Origin: Eledone cirrhosa
Lineage: Eukaryota
Direction of reading: 5' to 3'
Length of the DNA stretch: 64,000 bases
Assembly (NCBI GenBank): GCA_964016885.1
Contig: OZ024744.1
Location: 76,756,001-76,820,000 of the forward strand
Part shown: positions 14,102 through 27,102 of the stretch, in pieces
Position numbering within the stretch: the stretch's first letter is position 1
Layout of the letters: every line of letters begins with the position of its first letter
Notes under the pieces: model-generated
What the model was told of the DNA's origin: nothing
Database searches by the model: none
Seen by the model: only the letters and a program-made list of their open reading frames with translations
Made by a program: the position numbers and the translations under genes

Positions 14102-14104
<3 letters not shown>
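13396..14104 (+). mobile_element. 5'-truncated Naiad-like Penelope element (GIY-YIG domain and 3' pLTR)
   Basis: VIYEAVV...SYVGMAEG.FKERFLNH...C.LC..E...LN; highly similar to 40790-41496. Confidence 0.9.
14023..14080 (+). ncRNA. Hammerhead ribozyme in Naiad-like pLTR
   Basis: CTGAAGA-t-cc-gctaa-gg-t-GAAA-caattg-TT-ctcg; distal accatac/gtatggt pairing. Confidence 0.7.
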
Positions 14105-14173
<69 letters not shown>

Positions 14174-14260
14174 GGAAAATTTGAACAGGAACAAAACAGA
14201 GAGGCAGTACAACGAATGTTTATTAATTTCACGCTCTGGAGAGTGGGGTGGTGGTGGGGA

Positions 14261-14292
14261 ACGACGTTTCGGGCATAAGCCCTTCCTCAGAT
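14261..14292 (-). ncRNA. Minimal hammerhead motif
   Basis: Reverse strand CTGAGGA-a-gggc-ttat-gccc-GAAAC-GTC; stem I only about 2 bp. Confidence 0.65.
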
Positions 14293-14944
14293 GAAAAGTG
14301 TGTGGGAAGAGAGTTCAAAGGGTGTGTAGGGGAGTGGTGGAGAGACATATAGCGAAAAGGGGGTGGGAGGAAACGGTGCGAATGAAATTAAAAATAAAAA
14401 TAAAAATAAAGCATGATCAAAATAAAATGAAATGAAATAAAAATAAAAGCATGATCAAAATATATAATATTAAGGATACTATTTATGGTTATGTATATAC
14501 TAAAACGTTTTATAGTTATGTATATTTTAAACCCTAAATAGGGAAGGTGAGTAATTTATTACTACCTTATTACCAGTAAGATAAATAGCTCAATGTAATA
14601 ACATCAGTTGTTCTACAGAGCAGTTATATAGAATTCACAAGAATCAAAGCTATGTTCAAAGCATTTATTCACTTACAATTGTTTCATCCAAACCTAGGCT
14701 TGGAGTCTTCGGAGCATTTTTCAATGTTTGTACACATAATTGACCTCCTTTCCAACGCAAGAGACATACAGATACATATATACATATTGATGTACAGTGG
14801 AGTGACATATATTATACTATATTATTTCTGTATAGCAATTCAAATTCAAAATCAAAATCAAAATTAAAATTAAAACGAAATTAAAACAAAATTAAAATAC
14901 ATTCAGCAGTTAACACAGATAATCCAAGAGGATAGTTTGTTAGT

Positions 14945-15688
14945 CAGATGTAGTAGTTAGTGTATGCGTTAGTTACACGTGGAGCATGCAAGTGTGTTTC
15001 ATTTATATATTTTTATTGTGTGGCAGGGTATTACATGTAATACAAGCACTTTAAGCGGGTAAGTAAGAGTATTATAGTGGTTGTAGTGGTAAGGTATTTT
15101 TTGTATATAATAAAAGAGTATGTGTGCAGAAAAATAAAAATTAAAAATTAAAAAAATAAAAAAGAGAAGCAAAAGAAAGTTATGGTTTTCGTATCCACCA
15201 CCATTTTCACATTCGGGAAAAGTAATATATAGTTTTTACATCCATCACATAAGTAACGATGATTCCGTATTGGATGTTTTATGCATTAAATTAATCATTT
15301 TATTTTAGCTTATTACGGCTCAGTGTTATTTAATCTATAATTTAGCAATAAGCTAAAATAATTTAATTTAATGCATTAAACATCCAATACGGAATCATCG
15401 TTACTTATGTGATGGATGTAAAAACTATATATTACTTTTCCCGAATGTGAAAATGGTGGTGGATACGAAAACCATAACTTTCTTTTGCTTCTCCTTTTTA
15501 TTTCTCTGCACACATACATTTTTATTATATACAAAAATTACCTTACCACTACAACCACCATAATACTCTTACTTACCCGCTTAAAGTGCTGTATTACATG
15601 TAACACCCTGCCACACAATAATCATATATAAATGAGACACACTTGCATGCCCCACCTGTAACTAACGCATACACTAACTACTACATCT
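14945..15688. repeat. Large imperfect inverted repeat (arms ~350 bp, spacer ~30 bp)
   Basis: agatgtagtagttagtgtatgcgttagttac... mirrored by ...gtaactaacgcatacactaactactacatct; inner arm ends ttagcttatt/aataagctaa. Confidence 0.9.
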
Positions 15689-15883
15689 AACTACTACATG
15701 CTATTTAGAACACTCGTTTAACCGCTTTGCTTCGCTCCGAAGAAAAGATATTATCTCGAAAATTAAGAACATTTAAATAAATCTAAGGTAAAAGACTAAT
15801 TGTCAACAATATCTTTTGCATTTGCATTCTTTATTCTATGTCTATACCGGCATTGTTTTGGCTTTATTATACATATACAAACG

Positions 15884-15956
<73 letters not shown>

Positions 15957-15959
<3 letters not shown>

Positions 15960-16058
15960 AACAAGTATACTTGTTCCTATTACCCACTCTACTACCCTAA
16001 GTATTGAGTACTTTGGTGCGTTATGGTCCATCTGGTTCCTTACCACATTTCCTTCGTT
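15957..16058 (+). mobile_element. Short fold-back element (family F, copy 2)
   Basis: Starts with palindrome taggaacaagtatacttgttccta, then family core. Confidence 0.75.
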
Positions 16059-16286
16059 ATATATATATAAATGTAAGTATGTATGTATACGTACATAGAT
16101 ATATGTATACAGACGTACAGTAGTATGTATATATATATACATACATGCACACATATATATATATATGTACGTATGGATTCACCGAACATTTATTATAATG
16201 CTCGGTGTGTTTGTAAACAAACATCCCGTATTAAGCCGTAGTGTCTAGCAACCACCGTTGCTCGTTTATTCAACAGTGACAAAGGA

Positions 16287-16329
16287 ACGCTGTACTAGTT
16301 TCAAGCTTGTTAGCTATCGTCAGCAACGT
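16287..16329 (-). ncRNA. Minimal hammerhead ribozyme
   Basis: Reverse strand acgttg-CTGACGA-t-agct-aaca-agct-t-GAAA-ctag-TA-cagcgt; GUA site. Confidence 0.8.
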
Positions 16330-16630
16330 ATACCTTCCTGCCAGATAGTTGAACGTCCGAAAGTATATACTTTCCTTATGCATATTAACGGCTGAGTAGC
16401 CCAATTTGCATATTGAGTGGGTTAATCGGTCGGGTGCACCGAAAACGATAAACGGAAAAAATGAAACGAAATTTCATTTCCCACTCTTAGTACAGCTGTT
16501 ACTTAAATATAAGTATGTATACGTACATACATATATGTATACAGACGTACAGTAGTATGTATATATATATATACATACATGCACACATATATATATGTAC
16601 GTATGGATTCACCGAATATTTATTATAATT

Positions 16631-16817
16631 GTTTCTACTTTTGGCACAAGGCCAGCAATTACCCAGTGTATTACTGGTACTTTATTTTATCGACCCCCGT
16701 AAGGATGAAAGGCAAAGTTAACCTCGGCGGGATTTGAACTCAGAATGGCAAGGGCCGTAACTCTATGCGTCAAAGCATGGCGTCCGACCCTCTACCGATA
16801 CTGCCAATCCACTGCCC
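16631..16817 (-). mobile_element. tRNA-derived Meta-domain SINE with ~14-bp target-site duplication
   Basis: A box tggcagtatcggt, B box gagttcaaatccc, core gcctttcatccttacggggtcgataaaataaagtacc; atatttattataat on both sides. Confidence 0.85.
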
Positions 16818-16984
16818 CATATTTATTATAATGCTCGGTGTCCATACGTACATCTATATATATTTGTACATGTATGTATGTATATATATATATACATACT
16901 ACTGTACGTCTGTATACATATATGTATGTACATATACATACTTATATATATATATATATACCTATAGTCTAAAAATTGAAAGGA

Positions 16985-17079
<95 letters not shown>

Positions 17080-17081
<2 letters not shown>

Positions 17082-17266
17082 CGAAGGAAATGTGGTAAGG
17101 AACCAGATGGACCATAACGCACCAAAGTACTCAATACTTAAGGTAGTAGAGTGGGTAATAGGAACGAGTAGGACCCCGACGGCTAATTCTGGACTAAAAT
17201 CATTTTAGTCCAGAATTAGCCGTCGAAACGGCTTGAGCTCAGCCGTCGGGGTCCTACTCGTTCCTA
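17080..17266 (-). mobile_element. Short fold-back element (family F, copy 3)
   Basis: Family core plus hairpin gacggctaattctggactaaaat-c-attttagtccagaattagccgtc. Confidence 0.75.
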
Positions 17267-17540
17267 TATATATATGTGAATCCTTTCAATTTTTAAGACT
17301 ATAGGTTTGAGGTTTTGATAGCAGATCATCTGCAATTGTCAACAGATCAAATGACCATATAGCAACTCCCTTGTTGGTTTGGTATATATTTGTTATGAGC
17401 TTTATATGAGTAACTGAATGACATATTTTACAAGGGGAGGAAACCCAATGCCAATCCCTTCATTCTTATGTATGGCATGTGTTGTTGAAGATATTTAGAG
17501 ATTTAATGGAGAAGAGAGAGGTTGAATTTTTAACCACACC

Positions 17541-18205
<665 letters not shown>

Positions 18206-18464
18206 TACGAGAATTCCTCAAATTCTCCAAGACTTAAAAAACTATACAACTAGAGAATCCTTCCTTTAGCTGTCTTTAAAAAAAAAGTGTTAAGTCATGT
18301 GGAAGGAGCTGAAAAGACAGAAAGAGATTCTGATAAAAATAATAGTAATGGAATACAACTTCTGTGGAAATGGAACACTGTGTGTTTCTGTTTGTGGGTG
18401 GTTTGGTATTATCACATTACTGACAGTGTAACACCTGGGGTCAAATATATCAAATTACAATGGT

Positions 18465-18690
18465 TGGATAAGGTGGGTGTGGGGCGGACATAAGGTGGGT
18501 GTGGGTGGGGTGGGGGGATTAGGTGGGTGTGAGGTGGGTATTAAGGTGGGTGTGGGGTGGGGATAAGGTGGACATGGGGTGGGTATGGGTGGGGAGAAGG
18601 TGGGTGTGGGTGGGGGATAAGGTGGGTGTGGCGTGGGGGATAAGATGGGTGCGGGATGGGGTGGTTTGTGCTGGGTGGGTGGGTGGGGAA
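18465..18690 (+). repeat. G-rich degenerate minisatellite (ggataaggtgggtgtggg-like)
   Basis: Repeated GGG tracts. Confidence 0.8.
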
Positions 18691-18804
18691 GAAAGAGTTA
18701 CTCACAGCACATGTCTCATTAATAGCAGCAACAAGTATAAAAGCAGTGAATTTTTGTAACTGTAACATTTTAAGGTAACAATAATGTAATGCGTGTATGA
18801 AGAG

Positions 18805-19578
18805 AGAGTGTGTGTGTGTGTGCCTGGGTGTGTGTATGAGGAGTGTGTGTGTGTGTGCGTGCGTGTGTGCGTGTGTGTATGTGTGCGTTTGTAAGTGTGT
18901 GTGTGTGTGTGTGTGCCTGAGCGTGTGTGTATGAGGAGTGTGTGTGTAAGTGTGTGTGAGTGTGTGAGTGTGTGTATGTGTTTGTTTGTGCGTGTGTGTG
19001 GAGTTGGTGTGTGTTTGTTTGTGCGTATGTGAGGAGTGTATGTATGTGTTTGTTTGTGCGTGTATGAGGAGTGTGTGTATGTGTTTGTTTGTGCGTGTGC
19101 GAAGAGTGTGTGTATGTGTTAGTTTGTACATGTGTGAGGTGTGTATATATGTGTTTGTTTGTGCGTGTGTGGGGAGTGTGTGAGGATTGTGTGTATGTGT
19201 TTGTTTGTGCGTATGTGAATGTATAAGAGTGTGTGTGTGTGTGTGTGCTTGTATGTGTGAGGAGTGTGTGTGCGTGTGTGTGTATGAGCGGTGTCTGTGT
19301 ATGAAAGTGTGTATGAAAGCGTGTGTATGAGTGTGTGTGTGTGCTTGTGTGTGTGTGTGTGCATGTGTGTGCGTGTGTGTATGAAAGTGTTAGTGTGTGT
19401 GCGCGCGCACGTGTGTGTGTGTGTGTGAGGAGTGTGTGTGTGTATGTGTGCGTGAGTGTGTGTGTATGTGTGCGTGAGTGTGTGTGTGCGTGTGTGTATG
19501 TGTGTGTATGTATGTATGTGTTTGTTTGTGCTTATATATGTGTGTGCATATATGTGTGTGTTTATATACACACGCAAA

Positions 19579-19609
<31 letters not shown>

Positions 19610-19680
19610 GTTTGTTTGTGCCTATATGTGTGTGTGTATGTTTGTGTGATTACACATACACACACACACACACACACAAA
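18805..19680. repeat. (GT)-rich degenerate minisatellite
   Basis: Recurrent gaggagtgtgtg and gtgtttgtttgtgcg units. Confidence 0.9.
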
Positions 19681-19844
19681 GAACAAATATATATATATGT
19701 ATATTATGTATGTGTGTATTATATACATTTATATACGCATTCATTAAATTAATATATTTCTTCATTGTACTGTGTTGTTTGCTTTGTTATATCCGTTTAC
19801 TTCTTACACACACATATATATCTTCTTCATCTTCTTCACCCAGT

Positions 19845-21055
19845 TTTACAGTGTTACCGTATTACCTACACGGCCACATTACAGCGTGGACTGTGTGTTT
19901 TTTTGTCGTGACACCTACACGATCTCATTTATTTTGGACTGGATGTTGTGGTATCAACATAAGTTTACAGAGAAAAGGTGGTGTTGGGGGGTGGAGTAGG
20001 GGTAATGGGTTGGGGTGTATATTTGGTTAAGAGGTGCCTACTGACTGTAAGTTTCGCTTTGTACATAGCCAAGGCGAGTCTTCTGTATTACTGTGTAGCG
20101 CCAAAGATCTCGGTCCAGTGACATTGTCTTAGAGAGGTGTAAGTGTGTAAGGTCGGAATTTATCAAATCGTCCCAAGTTTTTCTGGGTCTACCTACTCCG
20201 TAACTTCCATCAATTTTTATCGCCCTGCACTTTTTTATACAGCTGTCGTCTTTCATGCGCATCACGTAACTATACCAACGTAGTCTTCTCTCGAGTGAAC
20301 AGCATCTAATCCCTCTTATACCTAATTTCTCACTTAATTCATTTATTCTTTGCCGTTCGCGTATATTACTATTACACATCCAACGGAGCATGCAAGCTTC
20401 TTTCCTCTCCAGTCTGCGTAGATCCTCTGCACACAATGCCCATGTCTCAATGCCATGTAACATCGTTGTTCGTATGCAGGCATCATACAGCCTGTCTTTC
20501 ATTTTTAGAGAGAAACCCTTAGCGGCCAATAGTGTTTTAAGCTCTCTGAACCTTTTCCATCCCGTTCTGACTCTGGCTACTGTACTTTCAGAGCACCCTC
20601 CACCACTGCTGATTTTGTCACCCAGGTAACGGAAGGTGTCCACTATTTCTATAGAACCATCTGGGCAATAGAAGGAGTTAGTATTCTGTGGGCACTTGCT
20701 ACTTATTGCACCTGAGCATCGGCCACATATAAAATCTACGTTCTTAGATAGCTTACCTGTGATCCCACTCCTTTTTTATGTACCCATAGTTTGCATTTGG
20801 GACATAAAATGGAATTTCTGCCTAATCCTTTCCTACACACTGAGCATAGCCATTTTTCAGAGGGCAGCTGTACCCTATTTTCCTTTCTACATACTAGAAC
20901 TTTAGTTTAAGAAGTGTTAACTTTAAGGCCTTTTGATTCTAAGCCATGCTTTCATGTTTGGAATTTCTTCTCTAGTTCGACTATGAAAGTTAGATCATCT
21001 GCGTATAGAAGCTCCCATGGTGAGCCGGTCTTGAACTCCTCTGTTATAGCCTGAA
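19845..21055 (-). mobile_element. 5'-truncated RTE LINE
   Basis: WELLYADDL-like segment at ~21000, FRYLGD, MLHGIETW, RLRWY, GRPRKTW. Confidence 0.9.
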
Positions 21056-21056
21056 G

Positions 21057-21240
21057 GTAGAGGGTCGGACGCCATTCTTTGACGCAAAGAGTTACGGCCC
21101 TTTCCATTCTGAGTTCAAATCCCGCCGAGGTTAATTTTGCCTTTCATCCTTACGAGGTCGTTAACATAAAGTACCAGTAATACACTGGGTAATAGCTGGC
21201 CTTGTGCCAAAAGTAGAAACAATTATTATTATTATTATTA
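21057..21240 (+). mobile_element. Meta-domain SINE with (ATT)n tail
   Basis: Same consensus as 16631-16817. Confidence 0.85.
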
Positions 21241-21393
21241 CAGTTGCATTTATCTTGCATTATGTTCATACGAGTTATCACCAAGTCACAACCAGTAACC
21301 TCAAGAGACAACAAGGTCCGCCATGTTCAAGAAAGAACATACATACACACACATGCATCTTTAGGTGTTTAGACTTGTGATCTGCTTATATTG

Positions 21394-21453
<60 letters not shown>

Positions 21454-21783
21454 GGCGACCTACGTAGTAATTCGTATCATCGTGAGCTCCGCAAAGGTTT
21501 GTTATTTTCAGTTGTTCAAAATTGCTATTCATGGAAAATGTTATTGTTAACTGTATATAAGTGCACATACATTGTTATCTGAAAAGGACACCCAAAAAGA
21601 TTGGGGCCTTGAGTCCAAAATTTAAACTTTTATAATTATCAAACAAAAATTTTTCTTTAAAACATTATCGCTGACTCAGAGTCACTCCTTTCTCACAAAC
21701 TAACACCTCACACCGACACCACCATTGTAAATATTACTACGTTTGCCAACACTAAAAATATAAGCAGTAGCAATAATTTAAAT

Positions 21784-23356
21784 TTGTCTCAGGCAGACAT
21801 TCATTTCCCGCCATTACCAATGACTGCAGGTGTTAAAGCCGCCACCACCACCACCACCGCGACAACCACCACCCCCACCACCACCGCGACAACAGAAACA
21901 AAAGAAAAAAATAAATTAACTCGTGATATCGAAATGAATTCAACCAAAATGAACTCTTCCACACCGAACACCACTGACGCCACCACCACCACAACTGAAA
22001 CTAAAATTAATAATAACAAAAATAACGATAACAACAACAGCAACAATGACATTAAGAAAACCACCCTGAGTTTTGCCAGAGTAGCAAAGCAGTGCAAAGC
22101 ATTTCAGGTAACTCAGGAGGAATTAGAAGAAGCCAAAAAAATGGTAAAGAAAGATGGGTACAGGGTCAGCCTCACCAAGCCCCCCCCCCCCCCCACCCCC
22201 ACCCACCCACCCACGTTCCACCGGCCATCGAAATTCCCTGGCTAATAGCGGCCGTCCTCGCCGGCATCGAAGCCAACATGAAAATAATAGCAATAGCAAA
22301 AGAAAAGCAGGAGAACTGGTCCGGATCTGGGATGGAGCTCCTGATCCAAGCGGACCAAAAAAGCATTGAGGAGATCCCAGAGGTAATAGACCTCACTGAC
22401 GGCGGCCACTTCACCGTAATTGTCGAGGGCAGAAGGCCTAGGTGTGTCGTTTGTGGTGAAGGAACCCACCTAAGTGCTTTCTGCCCTCAGGCTAAAAGGT
22501 TGAGGCCACCTCTCCTACCCACTCCAGTGACTCAACCATCAACACCACCAGCAGCAGAGATGGCAGCAACAACTGTAGCAGCAACAACAGAAGCAACTGT
22601 AACAGCAACAACCCCAGCAACAGTAGCAAAACCAACACCACCACCACCCAACGCGCCAGAACTAGCACCAGCGCCTACACCATCCACCTCGCCACAACCA
22701 AAACTAACGCCTGTGGAGGATTTTCCACTCCCCGGCCTATCACAACTGGAGACAGATTGTGACAACGAGGAGTGGGAAACGGTATCAGGAAAAAAGAAAA
22801 AAGAAACCAAAAAAGAAAAATTCTCTTCCTTCCCCCTCCAAAAACAAAATACAGAGGGAAACAAATAAACTATCAAACAAAAAAGTTAGGACAGATATGC
22901 CACCACCCACACCAGCATCACCAACCCCATCACCCAAAACACCAACACCATCACCATCATTAACCACAACACCACCATCACCTACACCACAAAAGTCACC
23001 AAAAAGCGAAACAAACAAACCCACAACAAACACAAACAAAACAAAACAACCAAAACGATACACACTACACAGCATTAAATTTGAACAACAACCAATTATT
23101 ACACTACATCCAACACAACACCAGCATCACAGAAAAAGACTACACAACAACCCGAAAGTTCACACCACCTCCACACATACAAATCACTCGCATCACACAG
23201 AAAACGTACATGACACTAAAAGAAATTCCCCAAAGGCATCGGAGACTTCCGACAAGCACTCTCCAGGAGGATTTATAAGCACATCCTTCCTGAGGAAGCC
23301 ACAAGCAGTGAAAAGGATGGAGAAACCGTCCTTCCTCTACGAGAAGTAAAGTAAGT
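21784..23356 (+). pseudogene. Tx1 ORF1 (gag-like zinc knuckle, Pro/Thr-rich), frameshifted with an internal deletion
   Basis: Fragments 21784-22245, 22092-22868 and 22759-23349; compared with the copy at 58258. Confidence 0.75.
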
Positions 23357-23388
23357 GGTCTTTCCCATCTTTTCCACTCCATTTCAAC

Positions 23389-26300
23389 ATGACCTCACTC
23401 AGAATAGGCAGCATAAATGCGCGTGGCTTGGGGTCGTCATGGAAGCAGGGCCACCTGCTCAACGACCTCAGGTCACTAAACATAGATGTAGTGGCCATCA
23501 GCGAGACCAGAATCTCCGAAGCATGGGCCTTCGCACCGATCTTCGGCGGCTACGATGTGTACGCATCTCCTAGCCGTCCGGGATCGGGAGGAGTTGCTGT
23601 GCTTTTTCGGAGAGGTTTGGATCTCGCCATACGGGCCATCTCCCTGGACCCAGAAGGTAAGTTGGTGGTGCTGGACGTGACCAGCGGAGACGGGCAAGCT
23701 TTCAGGTTAGTGGCCGTCTATGCCCCGACAGGAGCAGGGCGACCTGATTTCTTCCGGCGTCTGGAGACCTTTCTTGGAACGTCCCGCTTTTTAGTGTTAG
23801 TGGGCGACTGGAACGGGATCTTAGATGCACGCTGGGACTGTGTGGGATTAGCGGATAGGGGAGGAGGGTGAAAGAGTCTCACCAACCTGCTCAGGCGTTT
23901 TGAACTGTCTGACAGGTTCCGATTGGATTTCTCGAATGTGCCAATGTGGACTTGGACAAATCGCATAGGGTCATCCAGATCATATCTAGATAGAGTATTT
24001 TGTAGGGAAATAGATAGATCTAGCATAGGCTGTCCACAATTCAAGATAATCAGCTACACGGACCACAAATGCGTGATCTGTGTGCTTGACTTAGATAGGC
24101 TTCATAAACGAGGACCCGGCTACTGGAAGCTAAACGCGTCCTTACCAGCGCGCAATGCCTACAGAGACCGGATTAGCGAACTAGTTAAGAGGGTGTTGAT
24201 GGGGGCCATCGTCAACAACAAGTGGTGGTTTGCTCTGAAAAGAGCAATTAGAATAGAGTCCATTAGGTTTAGTAAGGCTTTAGCAATAGAGAAAAATAGA
24301 GCAGAGGGAGAATTAGTTAGAAAATTAGACGAGGAGCTTAGCAAAGGCATCGCGACCGACGTACTTGGCCCTTGACCAATTCTTCAATGCAAAGGACGAA
24401 GGCTGCGTTGTCAGAGCTAGGGTGCGTGCTCTCAGACACGAGGGGACGAAAGCCGTTCAATGGGCCCGAGTGGCGGAGGCGCGTCGTGGCAACATAGCCA
24501 CGATCCGGTCTTTGGTGGACCACGACGGGCGCATGCTACTCGATCCCGGGAAAATGTGTGAAGCTTTTCAGCGACACTTCGCACAGCTGTTCGGGGGAAG
24601 CAGCGGGCCGGATCGAGGAATGGACTTTAGTGTCTACCTCGACGGACTGCCGCGGCTCTCGGCCACTGATGCGGAGTGTTGCGAAAAGCCGATAACAGCC
24701 GCTGAAGTACGGGAGGCAATGACTGGCTGCACAAGGGGTAAATCGCCTAGTTTGGATGGTCTGCCCTATGAACTTTACGTACAAATGACAGACTTGTTCG
24801 GAGGCCTCTTGGCGGACGACTACTGAAACTGGCAACAGAACGGGAGAATTCCCACCTCTGTGAGCTGAGAAGCTGTGGCGCTGCTAAGAAAGGATCCGAA
24901 CAAGGGGGATAACATAGAAAATTTTAGGCCCATAACTCCATTTTGGCCAAGGTGCTAGCAAAGAGGTTGGCGCTTGTCGTTGGTGGTCTGGTGGGAGAGG
25001 CGTAGACATGCGCCATTCCCGACAGATCCATCCACGACAACCTCCACCTCATGCGATACATCGTAGAGAGGGTAGCTAGGGAACCTGGCACGGGTGGGTC
25101 CTTGATCAATTTAGATCAGTCGAAAGCTTTCGATAGGGTCGACCATCGTTACCTAGCGGCAGTCCTGAGGGCGGCTGGCTTTGGGCCTGTCTTCATAGGC
25201 TGGATCGCTGCCATGCACAGCGACATCTGCTCTGTGGTGAGAGTGAACGGTCACCTGTCGGAACCGTTCAACATCATGCGCTCGGTCCGCCAAGGATGTC
25301 CCCTCTCGTCCCTCTTGTACGTATTGACTCTCGAGCCATTACTGCACAAACTGGAGACGTTGAGGGGAGTCCCGCGCGAACTAGGATGCGGAAGATCCGT
25401 GTCAGCATATGCGGACGATGTCACTGTAGTAGTGTCGAACGCCAAACACATCGAGGCGATCGGCACTACGCTAAGAGAATACGAAACGGTGACAGGAGCA
25501 ATGATCAACCAGGAAAAGTCGGTGGGCCTGCAGCTCGGCACCTGAAGAGGCAGGTCCATGCCGTCCAACAGCGTTGTCGGGCGCTGGACGGACGGACCGG
25601 TTAAATTGCTAGGGGTTTGGTTCGGTCCGGACCTCCAGACGGACAAAAACTGGGACGAGATGACGAGCAAGGTGGCTTCTCTCACCCAGAAATGGGCGGA
25701 GAGGAAGCTATCTCTGAAATGTCGAGCGGAGGTGCCTAACGCGTACATCGCGTCCGTCATCTACTACCGCCTGACCGTCGTACCTTGTCCTAAGCCCCGC
25801 CTGACTGCGCTGGAGCGTTTGCTCTTTCGCTTTTTGTGGAAGGGACGCGCTCCGATGGTCAGGCGGTCCATCTGTTGTCAACACCCGCTACGTGGAGGGC
25901 TGGGCATGCCGTGGCTGATGATGCGCAAACACGCACTCAGGCTACGACATCTCCACCTCTTCCTCGACGGTGATCAGGTGTGGTCGCCGTTTGCTAAACA
26001 CGTATTTCCCCAGCTCGTCTCCTTGACGGAGCTGCAGTCCTGGGTCAAGCGAAGACCGAGAGGGAGCGCTTGGAGACTGGAATGTCTTCAGGCGCTCACA
26101 GCCCTCGACCAATCGGGCAATGTGATCGGTGGAAACTCCACCTCGGCGTTCTATAGAGGATTAGTTGAGGGGAAGAGCGACGACGTACTTGGGGAAACTC
26201 TAGGCGTCGACGAAAATCAACTAGCCAATCTCTTCGGAAGGACTTTCGGGCCAGGGCCTATGGACAACTTCCAGAAATCTCTGGCCTGGCAGTGCTACCG

Positions 26301-26775
26301 AGGAGCCTTGCCAGTTCGGGATAAACTCTACAGGCATGGAGGTGCCGTCAGCCGGGCATGTCCGAGATGCGCGCAGGGCGACGAAACCGTCCTGCACGCA
26401 CTCGTCCAGTGTCCGAAAATTGCTGACTTGTGGGTTTATGTAGAACACCTGCTGTCGCGTTTAGGACGGCTCCAGCTATCATCTGAGTCCATCGTGAGGA
26501 TTGCCCCGCCCTCCTCCTTTAGCCGGGAAGGGCAGGCAGTTTTTATCTGTCTGGTGGCCATGGCGAAAGAGATAGTATGGTGGACACGTTTGAAAGGGCT
26601 GAAGACGAGCACTTACCTCTTCGGTGATGCTCTGATTGACTTTTTCAAATTTCATTTGAAAAGGAAAATCAGAGTAGAGAGGGAAGTGCTCTCTTCCCAG
26701 CATTTTGTTGAAAGATGGGTGAGAGAAGCAAGAATGGCCCGAGTGAATGGGCCTACTCTGAGTATATATCTGTAA
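23389..26775 (+). pseudogene. Tx1 ORF2 (APE endonuclease, RT, C-terminal CPRC...ETVLHALVQC), disrupted
   Basis: SINARGL, AISETR, VYAP, GDWN, YLDR, TDH, GYWKLN, LDQSKAFDRVDH, QGCPLS, YADD. Confidence 0.92.
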
Positions 26776-27034
26776 ATTAAAGGTGGAAAACTGGGAGAGG
26801 GCACTTGCCTTGGTGGTCAGGGTCATTGTGGCTTTTTACTGGGCTTTCTCCACAAATGTCCCTCCGAAGTCTCCCCCCTATTGGGGAATTTTTCATTGTT
26901 ATTTTCATTGTTATTTTTGTTACATCCTCTGTTTTTGTTTTTTACACGCAGAAATGCCCATTTGTACCGTCCTGCATTGTCCTGCACTGTCCTTAATGTC
27001 TACTTTATGTAAACCCTTGTGGTTAATAAAGAAA

Positions 27035-27078
<44 letters not shown>

Positions 27079-27102
27079 TATTATTATTATTATTATTATT
27101 AT

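Larger units (their letters stand above)
16069..16945 (-). mobile_element. Non-coding HHR element with partial tandem repeat (~435-nt period) and terminal inversion, interrupted by a SINE
   Basis: 16069-16200 repeats at ~16505-16630; inverted copy at ~16840-16945; related sequence at 43490-43655. Confidence 0.65.
21454..27035 (+). mobile_element. Full-length Tx1-clade LINE (family A), decayed, flanked by (ATT)n
   Basis: ORF1 with zinc knuckle CVVCGEGTHLSAFC; ORF2 APE-RT-CCHC; 3' end aataaagaaat + (ATT)n; (ATT)n directly 5'. Confidence 0.92.

Noticed and set aside
25558-26775. Standalone 405-aa and 318-aa (52581-53537) genes
   Set aside because: They are C-terminal parts of broken Tx1 ORF2
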